Positions 33,530 to 40,087 of a stretch of 64,000 bases of DNA are shown one piece after another. Positions within the stretch are counted from its first letter, which is position 1; each line of letters starts with the position of its first letter. Below the pieces are notes generated by a model. It was given only the letters and a program-made list of their open reading frames with translations, had not been told where the DNA came from and did not search any database. The stretch lies in the IMG/VR virus record IMGVR_UViG_3300031963_000009. One strand, given 5' to 3'. The DNA comes from a virus. Made by a program: the position numbers and the translations under genes.

Positions 33530-33594
33530 GACAGTTGGATGGCTGTCCACTCAATCCGCCGAACCGACCCGTTTGGCCCTATATTGGCCACATG
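33529..33594 (+). promoter_or_regulatory. Early element copy 14
   Basis: GGACAGTTGGATGGCTGTCCAC..CCGCCGA..TATATT-GGCCAC-ATGAAGAAC. Confidence 0.88.
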
Positions 33595-33918
33595 AAGAAC
33601 GAAACCGCTCAAATGTCACTTTTCTCCCAAGGCTGGAAAGCTGAAGTCTACTTCGGTAGCGAGTTGACTGCTCATCATATGAACACCCGTTCGGTGTATC
33701 GTTTCAAGGAGAATGCCAATGTGAGCATCACTCACTCCGGAAAGTATGCTGAGAATGGAACTGTGGATGTGTTCGCAGTTTCTATTCGTGAGGAGATCAA
33801 TCCTCGTCACTCTGTGACACAAACTGTTGAGACTTTTGATAACTGGTTGGACGCATACTACTGCGGTGTTCAGTGTGTCAACAATCTGAACAGCGACATT
33901 CTCGCTGCTCAATGCTGA
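33592..33918 (+). CDS. Hypothetical protein (probably leaderless)
   Basis: The ATG is 6 nt after the -10; MKNETAQMSLFSQGW. Confidence 0.7.
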   Translation: MKNETAQMSLFSQGWKAEVYFGSELTAHHMNTRSVYRFKENANVSITHSGKYAENGTVDVFAVSIREEINPRHSVTQTVETFDNWLDAYYCGVQCVNNLNSDILAAQC

Positions 33919-33934
33919 TCGGTTAGGGTTAGGT

Positions 33935-34004
33935 GGGACAGTCATCTGGCTGTCCACCAAATCCGCCGAGACCAGCCACCTGATGTATTCTAGCCATGTT
34001 GAGA
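33935..34004 (+). promoter_or_regulatory. Early element copy 15
   Basis: GGGACAGTCATCTGGCTGTCCAC..CCGCCGA..TATTCT-AGCC-ATGTTGAGA. Confidence 0.88.
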
Positions 34005-34018
34005 GGAATCCGAACCGA

Positions 34019-34195
34019 ATGAAAGTCTACGCTGTGATCGCTGGAATTGATTACGAAGGCGAAGTGTTTGATACTCTGCGCCTGTTCGATTGCAAGTCTG
34101 CCGCAGAAGCATATGAGGCAGAACTTGATGCAAACTATGATTATACCCTGATGGAAGCCCGTGAGGTGATCATGGAATCTGCAATCGCTGCTTGA
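34019..34195 (+). CDS. Hypothetical protein (58 aa)
   Basis: MKVYAVIAGIDYEGEVFDTLRLFDCKSAA. Confidence 0.68.
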   Translation: MKVYAVIAGIDYEGEVFDTLRLFDCKSAAEAYEAELDANYDYTLMEAREVIMESAIAA

Positions 34196-34197
34196 TC

Positions 34198-34359
34198 ATG
34201 AAAAACTATCGAGTTCGTGTTGAGACTTATGATGGCTGTGTCACGATTTGGTATGAGAAATCCAAGGCCAAATCCGCAGACAAATTGATTCTCAATCGTG
34301 TCTACAATCAGCTCTGTGGGCTGAATGTCAAAGAAATCGAAGTTACTCCTTCCGTCTGA
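34198..34359 (+). CDS. Hypothetical protein (53 aa)
   Basis: MKNYRVRVETYDGCVTIWYEKSK. Confidence 0.62.
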   Translation: MKNYRVRVETYDGCVTIWYEKSKAKSADKLILNRVYNQLCGLNVKEIEVTPSV

Positions 34360-34386
34360 ACTTTTCACACTAATTAACACAAACTC

Positions 34387-34560
34387 ATGAATCGCCAAGA
34401 ACTTCAAGATCAGCTCATTCAGACAATCCTCGATGGTATGGATCTGAAATGTTTGCTTCAAATGTGTTACGATGTGATGGATGAGAATTATGATAAGTAT
34501 TCGGATGAAGAATTGATTACTGAATGTGAAGAATACTATCCCGAACTTCTAGAGGGCTGA
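34387..34560 (+). CDS. Small acidic protein (57 aa)
   Basis: MNRQELQDQLIQTILDGMDLKCL...EEYYPELLEG. Confidence 0.62.
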   Translation: MNRQELQDQLIQTILDGMDLKCLLQMCYDVMDENYDKYSDEELITECEEYYPELLEG

Positions 34561-34631
34561 TTCGCCATTCGCAAATAGAGAATGAGATGCGCTCTAAAGA
34601 CACTCAAACTCACCAACACCAACACACTCAA

Positions 34632-34757
34632 ATGATCGCAACTCGTAAAGACTTCTTCATCGCTGTGCTTGATCAGTTTGCTACTAATGGTAACGAACTT
34701 CTGCAACTTCTGGATGACATTGTGAACGGCGAATGTGAATGCTATCTTGAAGACTGA
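34632..34757 (+). CDS. Small protein (41 aa), paralogue of 34797
   Basis: ATNGNELLQLLDDI. Confidence 0.55.
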   Translation: MIATRKDFFIAVLDQFATNGNELLQLLDDIVNGECECYLED

Positions 34758-34796
34758 TTAACTGTTCATTTCTTACACTTTTTCTTCTTTTCTCTC

Positions 34797-34964
34797 ATGA
34801 CTCTTCAATCTGCAATCGCTCAACTTCGCGCTGCTCGCAACGGCGCTGAAATGCTCCAAGTTCTCGACATGCTCGCACAAGACTCTGTAGGTTACACCTA
34901 TGCCGAGTCCCCACAAATCGCCAAGGTTCTCGGAGTGCCCACACTTGAAGCTGTAGAGCTCTGA
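34797..34964 (+). CDS. Small protein (55 aa)
   Basis: ARNGAEMLQVLDML. Confidence 0.55.
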   Translation: MTLQSAIAQLRAARNGAEMLQVLDMLAQDSVGYTYAESPQIAKVLGVPTLEAVEL

Positions 34965-34973
34965 TGGTATAAT

Positions 34974-35000
34974 AAAGGGGGCTCACATCCCCCCCTTTTT
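34974..35000 (+). terminator. Intrinsic terminator-like hairpin
   Basis: AAAGGGGG-ctcacatc-CCCCCTTTTTT. Confidence 0.6.
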
Positions 35001-35002
35001 GT

Positions 35003-35167
35003 ATGACTGATACGGAGAAACTTCTCGAACTTTCAGAGTTAATCAGACAGATCATCTTTGCTCTAGAGATGACACAATACGAAATCTCCGATTCACAACA
35101 AAAGAATAATGTTCTAGAACTCTCTGAGATCTATCACCAGAAGATGATTGCTATTCTAACCACATGA
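35003..35167 (+). CDS. Hypothetical protein (54 aa)
   Basis: MTDTEKLLELSELIRQIIFALEMTQYEI. Confidence 0.5.
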   Translation: MTDTEKLLELSELIRQIIFALEMTQYEISDSQQKNNVLELSEIYHQKMIAILTT

Positions 35168-35473
35168 AGAAACACCATCTGATTGTTGCTTCAATCATCC
35201 CAGCTATCCTACTCACATTCGCAACGATTCGTGATAGCTGCGCAAACCCCGATTATGCCAATTACTTCACAGAATCATGCAAAACAAAGTAGAAAACTGG
35301 GTGGACAATCTAACACTCACACAACAACAAAAAGTTTACAACGAGATCGTGGATTATTTCACAAGTGAGGTGATTAAAGAGGTGTTATCAAAGTATGACA
35401 ATTCTCTTGACATTGAACATCTAAACGTATAAAATAGTAACGTACTTTCATTCACACTTAAGGACACACACTT

Positions 35474-35659
35474 ATGCAAACCATCAACAACAAAGTTACA
35501 CGTTACAGAGTTACCTTGGACTTTACAGTTGATACATCTAACTGTGTAAGTCCTAAAGAATGGAATTGGGCTTCACTTCTCGAACTCGGTAACAACGAAT
35601 CAGTCAATGAGGTTTATGTAGAGAACCTCGGAGAATATACCACTCGTAGGAGTAAGTAA
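35474..35659 (+). CDS. Hypothetical protein
   Basis: AAGGA SD; RYRVTLDFTVD...PKEWNWASLLEL. Confidence 0.68.
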   Translation: MQTINNKVTRYRVTLDFTVDTSNCVSPKEWNWASLLELGNNESVNEVYVENLGEYTTRRSK

Positions 35660-35808
35660 TGGACCTCACTACCGCTCACCCTTACGGGGAAGAAAGTTTG
35701 TTCGATTTTGAACAAGAGATCAATGATCAGTATGCTGCTCAGTATGATGAAGATATGATCTTCGATGATTACTCTAGTGGCATAGATGCTGAGAGTTATG
35801 ATCCTTGA
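35659..35808 (+). CDS. Small acidic protein (49 aa)
   Basis: TAATG overlap; AGGAG SD. Confidence 0.5.
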   Translation: MDLTTAHPYGEESLFDFEQEINDQYAAQYDEDMIFDDYSSGIDAESYDP

Positions 35809-35831
35809 TTGATCTCTGATTGTTTATACTG

Positions 35832-36137
35832 TTTTCCACAGCTTTATGATACCTTTGTGGAAAAAGCTGTGGAAAACAAGCCATTAAAAAAAGGCTAAAA
35901 AAATCAAGCTTGTGTGAAAGCTTTCTCGTTTATGTTCTCTCTGTGGCCCCTCTGATGGCTTATAAAAAAGCCTCTGAGACCTTGTAATCTTAGCGGGCAG
36001 GCTATCACACGACCGCATAAATGTCAAGAGACCCCCCACATAAGTCTCCGGGACCACACAGTTTGAGCAACATAAGGTCTCACAGTTTCTTATAGTTTTC
36101 CACAGCACTTGTGGAAAAAGTCTATAAGTTTTCCACA
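35832..36137. promoter_or_regulatory. Cluster of six perfect TTTTCCACA (cyanobacterial DnaA-box) nonamers
   Basis: 35832(+), 35856(-), 35868(-), 36096(+), 36110(-), 36129(+), all in non-coding DNA. Confidence 0.75.
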
Positions 36138-36174
36138 GTCTTATGAGCACTCTAAGTCCCCCACATCTCGGAGC

Positions 36175-36203
36175 TTGACATAAGCTCTCTGAGGCCTTAT
36201 AAT
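36175..36203 (+). promoter_or_regulatory. Perfect consensus sigma70 promoter
   Basis: TTGACA-17-TATAAT; the -35 sits inside the inverted repeat GAGCTT-gacat-AAGCTC. Confidence 0.85.
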
Positions 36204-36206
36204 AAC

Positions 36207-36283
36207 TCTGTGGGAGTGCATAAAGGGGCTGAGTGCTTAAGCTCTTTGAGCCGGCTTAAGTAAAGCTCAAGCCACAAAGACTC
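36207..36283 (+). ncRNA. Candidate structured small RNA or leader
   Basis: Non-coding, directly after the consensus promoter; nested pairings TGTGG/CCACA, GCTGAG/CTCAAGC and TGCTTAAGC/GCTTAAGTA. Confidence 0.35.
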
Positions 36284-36323
36284 ATGAGCCTACCATAGAA
36301 CCTTGACAACTGAGATACACAAT

Positions 36324-36392
36324 GGACACTTATCTAACTGGCCACAGAATGTGCCAGAGGGAGCCAGATCCCGTATATTAGCCATGTTGAGA
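36324..36392 (+). promoter_or_regulatory. Early element copy 16
   Basis: GGACACTTATCTAACTGGCCAC..TGCCAGA..GCCAGATCCCG-TATATT-AGCC-ATGTTGAGA. Confidence 0.85.
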
Positions 36393-36401
36393 GGAACACA
36401 C

Positions 36402-36647
36402 ATGAGCACCACCCAAACCACTCAAGCTACCTACAACGGTTATGCTAACTATGAGACCTGGAATGCTGCTCTGTGGATTGGCAATGAGTACAGTCTGTAT
36501 AAGATTGCTCTTCGTTGTGAAGATTATGCCGAGTTCCAAGAGCTTATGATTGATCACTACGGTATGAGCTGCACCCCTGATGGTGTACTCTGGAACGACT
36601 CTGAGCTTAACCACGATGAGCTCGACGAAGTGATCAAAGAACTCTGA
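36402..36647 (+). CDS. Conserved phage hypothetical protein
   Basis: YNGYANYETWNAALWIGNEY...TPDGVLW.D. Confidence 0.78.
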   Translation: MSTTQTTQATYNGYANYETWNAALWIGNEYSLYKIALRCEDYAEFQELMIDHYGMSCTPDGVLWNDSELNHDELDEVIKEL

Positions 36648-36685
36648 GCTTCGTCTATTCTAACCGTTCACCACACACTAACACC

Positions 36686-36931
36686 ATGAGCACCATTAAC
36701 GTCGCAACCGCTACCAAACTCGACCTGCTGATTGCTGATACTCAAGGGCAGATTAAGTACACCGTGCTCCCCACCCGTAAGGCTCGGAAATCTGAACTGC
36801 TCATGAGCCGCACGAATGGCGTCCGCACCAACACTAACCGTAAGGGTCAGGCATACAGCGGACATGCCACACATGCACAGAATGCTGTGATGGAGGGCAA
36901 TGCTGCTGCGTATTTCAAGACCAGCGGCTGA
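36686..36931 (+). CDS. Basic hypothetical protein
   Basis: IKYTVLPTRKARKSEL...TNTNRKGQAYSGH. Confidence 0.68.
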   Translation: MSTINVATATKLDLLIADTQGQIKYTVLPTRKARKSELLMSRTNGVRTNTNRKGQAYSGHATHAQNAVMEGNAAAYFKTSG

Positions 36932-37389
36932 TGGGGTAGAGTGTGCGTCCCCTCTGAGGCTTATGAGCACTTGGAGGGGACACGAATACAGGGTAGACGA
37001 GCAGCGGTGTTCGTGATCTTATGAGCACTTTGAGCAGTTGTTTATGCGCCCGTTTGTTATAGCGCGGGGCGCGGTGGCCCCCTATTTCAAAAAACGCTCA
37101 CTACCCTAATCTATAACGACCCCAAAAAGCGCTCATAAAGCTTCACACGACTCAAAATTTTTTTCGCCAGCCAAAAACACTCAAAACCCCCTTTCATAAA
37201 TTCTTAGAGATACTTTGAGTAATCATGAAAAGTCCCCTTCGATATCTTTATGAGAATGTGTATGGTACAGATATTACAATTGTTGATGAATGTACATATA
37301 TCTTGATCTGTATTCAAGAGTGTGTTAGAATCTTATGGTCTAAAAAGACGAAATGAATATATAATGTTTGAGATGAACATTCAGAATAC

Positions 37390-37539
37390 ATGGAATTACA
37401 AATAGATCACTACGAAAAGGATTTACTTATTGATTGTATTCAACATCGTTTGGATACTGATAAGATTTTAATTATCAATGATTCTCTAAAGTCTGAGATT
37501 GAGGACCTGCTTGCAAAAGTAGAAGAGGAGTGTGTATAA
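37390..37539 (+). CDS. Hypothetical protein (49 aa)
   Basis: MELQIDHYEKDLLIDCIQHRLDTDK. Confidence 0.55.
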   Translation: MELQIDHYEKDLLIDCIQHRLDTDKILIINDSLKSEIEDLLAKVEEECV

Positions 37540-37666
37540 TATACTTGTAGATGGTTATGTAATTGCACAGAATGTTTCGAAGTGTGATTTGAAACATAAG
37601 GTGGAGATCATCAGAGCATACTGTAATCTTGAAGAAGATCTCAGATTTGCTAAGGTTACATACGTT

Positions 37667-37673
37667 CTAAATA
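37667..37673 (+). promoter_or_regulatory. Putative T4-type late promoter
   Basis: CTAAATA 65 nt upstream of 37738. Confidence 0.45.
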
Positions 37674-37737
37674 ATCCAGAAACCATTGCATGAATTGATT
37701 TGTAGTGGTAGAATAATTACGTCGCAATTCTAGTTTT

Positions 37738-38490
37738 ATGTCAAAAGGATTTACAATTAAAGCAAACGCTCCGACTCCAAAGAAAAACGAGGATGATTTT
37801 GATATTGAAGCCGCGAAGGAAATGATTCGTGGTAAATCGATTATCTTCTGTCTTCCTGGACGTGGATGTTCATATATTTTTCTGAAGAATTTCGTACAGT
37901 TGTGTTTTGATCTTGTGCAGTCTGGTGCAAGTATTCAAATTTCACAGGACTATTCTTCCATGGTTAACTTTGCACGTTGCAAAGTACTAGGTGCAAATGT
38001 TCTTCGTGGACCAAAGCAGATTCCTTGGGATGGAAGACTGCAGTATGATTATCAACTGTGGATTGATAATGACATTGTATTCAACACTGAGGCATTCTAT
38101 CGTCTTGTAGCAATGGATCGTGACATTGCGGCTGGTTGGTACATGACTGAAGATGGTCAGACTACTTCAGTTGCTCATTGGCTTGAGGAAGATGACTTCA
38201 AGAAGAATGGTGGAGTCATGAATCATGAGACTGGTGATACGATGAGTAAGCGTCGTAAGCCATTCACAGTAGACTACACTGGTTTTGGTTGGGTATTGAT
38301 TAAGAAGGGTGTATTTGAGTCTCTAGAGTATCCTTGGTTCGCTCCGAAGATGCAAGTGTTTGACTCTGGAGAAGTTCAGGATATGTGTGGAGAAGACGTA
38401 TCCTTCTGTCTTGATGCAAAGGCAGCGGGCTTTGAGATCTGGTGCGATCCTAAGATTCGCGTTGGACACGAGAAGACTCGTATTATCTGA
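37738..38490 (+). CDS. Conserved cyanophage protein with a GT-A glycosyltransferase-like fold
   Basis: FCLPG, NFARC, LWIDNDIVF (DxD), GFGWVLIKKGVFE, GEDVSFC, DPKIRVGHEK. Confidence 0.78.
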   Translation: MSKGFTIKANAPTPKKNEDDFDIEAAKEMIRGKSIIFCLPGRGCSYIFLKNFVQLCFDLVQSGASIQISQDYSSMVNFARCKVLGANVLRGPKQIPWDGRLQYDYQLWIDNDIVFNTEAFYRLVAMDRDIAAGWYMTEDGQTTSVAHWLEEDDFKKNGGVMNHETGDTMSKRRKPFTVDYTGFGWVLIKKGVFESLEYPWFAPKMQVFDSGEVQDMCGEDVSFCLDAKAAGFEIWCDPKIRVGHEKTRII

Positions 38491-38552
38491 TCTTCGGCGC
38501 GTTAAAAAATCAATTTTTGGCGCGTATGTAAAACAATTGTGAGGTATTCAAA

Positions 38553-38699
38553 ATGGCAACAAAAAAATCATCGTCTAACAAGGTAGTCATTGAATCGACA
38601 CCTAAGAAAAGTCGTCAAGGAACTGGAAAGCATACTAAATATGCTGCCACCAGTCGAAATGGGGCACGTAAACGTTACCGTGGTCAAGGGAAAGGTTGA
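38553..38699 (+). CDS. Small very basic protein (48 aa)
   Basis: GAGG SD; ...TPKKSRQGTGKHTKYAATSRNGARKRYRGQGKG. Confidence 0.72.
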   Translation: MATKKSSSNKVVIESTPKKSRQGTGKHTKYAATSRNGARKRYRGQGKG

Positions 38700-38718
38700 T
38701 ATCAACCAAAGGAAAAGT

Positions 38719-38725
38719 CTAAATA
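38719..38725 (+). promoter_or_regulatory. Putative T4-type late promoter
   Basis: CTAAATA 25 nt upstream of the ATG at 38750. Confidence 0.55.
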
Positions 38726-38749
38726 ATTCAAATTAATCTAATTATACAG

Positions 38750-38896
38750 ATGGCTGATTCAGATCCAAAAACATCACCTAATGCGGAACCAGAAGCACCT
38801 TCTGAAGCCAATGTTTTTTCTTATGATGTTGCTTCACAAGTTAAAGCCGCTCCAGAAGTAAAGCCAAATCCAAACTCTCCCCTAGCTGCAGGTTGA
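38750..38896 (+). CDS. Small Pro/Ala-rich protein (48 aa)
   Basis: MADSDPKTSPNAEPEAPSEANVFSYDV. Confidence 0.6.
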   Translation: MADSDPKTSPNAEPEAPSEANVFSYDVASQVKAAPEVKPNPNSPLAAG

Positions 38897-38897
38897 T

Positions 38898-39365
38898 ATG
38901 ACCGAAAAAGAAGCGTATATTCATGAGTGGATCGCTGAAGTATCTAAACAACGTTTAGAATTAGGTGGTTTCGCCGTTTGTCCATACGCTTCTAATTCAA
39001 AAACTAGCATTGTAGAGACTCCTATCGATGACATCGTACCTGAGCCAGGTCATGATGTCATCGTTTTTATTGTAGAAAGTTTTTGGAGACCTGATCAAAT
39101 TCAAAAATGGGTAGAATTTTACAACGAAAAGTTTACCTATTACAAATTCTTTGAAGATTTGTCAACAAAAGATACTTATATCAATGGCGTAAAGACTAAT
39201 AATTCAAAATATAATTTAATTTTGTGTCAATCGAAGATTAAATTAAGTAAGATTCGTAAACAATTATCAAAATCAGAGTACTATAATTACTGGAATGAGG
39301 AATATTTGAAGGAAATCCTTGGTGATGACTACGAACTAGTAAAAGAAGACGACATTTCGGGATAG
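38898..39365 (+). CDS. Conserved cyanophage hypothetical protein
   Basis: WIAEVSKQRLELGGFAVCPYA...RKQLSKSEYYNYWNEEYLKEIL. Confidence 0.75.
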   Translation: MTEKEAYIHEWIAEVSKQRLELGGFAVCPYASNSKTSIVETPIDDIVPEPGHDVIVFIVESFWRPDQIQKWVEFYNEKFTYYKFFEDLSTKDTYINGVKTNNSKYNLILCQSKIKLSKIRKQLSKSEYYNYWNEEYLKEILGDDYELVKEDDISG

Positions 39366-39408
39366 CAACCCCGTAAAAAGTTCTGATTTTTACAATCAGG
39401 AGCTAAAA

Positions 39409-39648
39409 ATGTCCAATTTTCCAGTAGATAGAGACAAAAATTACATGTTTCAAACGTGGGGAACTACTAAACTCGTCACAGATTATAGTCCTCTTACAGA
39501 AAAAAAGGTTCTACAAGAGATCGTTCATGATACTGCACCCAATCACGATCTAAAGAAACAAACTGAACTGCATGAGAAGATCCGTAATGACCAAGATTAC
39601 GATGATTGGGAGTATGGAACAGAACCAACTTACGGTAAAAAGTGGTAA
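39409..39648 (+). CDS. Hypothetical protein
   Basis: AGGAG SD; HEKIRNDQDYDDWEYGTEPTYG. Confidence 0.72.
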   Translation: MSNFPVDRDKNYMFQTWGTTKLVTDYSPLTEKKVLQEIVHDTAPNHDLKKQTELHEKIRNDQDYDDWEYGTEPTYGKKW

Positions 39649-39662
39649 AAAAGTCTTATAGA

Positions 39663-39670
39663 TATAATAA
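39663..39670 (+). promoter_or_regulatory. T4 late promoter
   Basis: Exact TATAAATA 19 nt upstream of gp25. Confidence 0.8.
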
Positions 39671-39688
39671 ATACCCTTAGTTTAAGTA

Positions 39689-40087
39689 ATGGTAAGGATT
39701 TCTCGCAAATTCAAAGATATTAGTCTGTCATTTGTGAGAAATCCTGTGACAAATGATATTCTTGCAATTACTGATTCTGATGCGATTAAAAAATCTATCA
39801 TTAATTTAGTTAGAACTAGAGTTGGTGAGAGATTTTTTAATGATTTGTTGGGTACTAATGTTGATAGTTCTATTTTTGAACTCCAAAGTCCTGAAGTTGC
39901 ATACCAACTTGAACTTGAAATTTCGACTCTATTAAAAAATTATGAGCCAAGAATAAATCAATCTACAGTTTTAGTTACATATACAGAAGAGTCGAATGAT
40001 TTGAATATTAGAATTTCATATGATATAGTTGGGTTACCAATACCAACACAAAGTATAGAATTTATTTTACAACCCACTAGAGTCTAA
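39689..40087 (+). CDS. gp25: Baseplate wedge subunit gp25
   Basis: FKDISLSF..NPVTND...AIKKSI.NLV.T..GERFF...G...E...YEPRI. Confidence 0.92.
   Translation: MVRISRKFKDISLSFVRNPVTNDILAITDSDAIKKSIINLVRTRVGERFFNDLLGTNVDSSIFELQSPEVAYQLELEISTLLKNYEPRINQSTVLVTYTEESNDLNIRISYDIVGLPIPTQSIEFILQPTRV

Larger units (their letters stand above)
36140..37138. repeat. Dispersed CTTATGAGCACT 12-mer repeats
   Basis: Exact copies at 36140, 36960 and 37018; one-mismatch inverted copy of the 11-nt core at 37128-37138. Confidence 0.75.

Noticed and set aside
14798-36392. CRISPR array interpretation of the recurring palindromic repeat
   Set aside because: Copies are degenerate, 0.4-9 kb apart and separated by whole genes rather than 30-40 bp spacers; they carry -10 boxes; no cas genes are present.
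9086-36401. N-terminal extensions in the ORF track at 9086, 24276, 30823, 33535, 33983 and 36303
   Set aside because: Each runs through a promoter element, so the real starts are downstream (9161, 24333, 30931, 33592, 34019, 36402).
38498-38524. CGCG-flanked A/T hairpin after the glycosyltransferase-like gene
   Set aside because: Weak stem (two G-T and five A-T pairs) with no U-tail; not enough to call a terminator.
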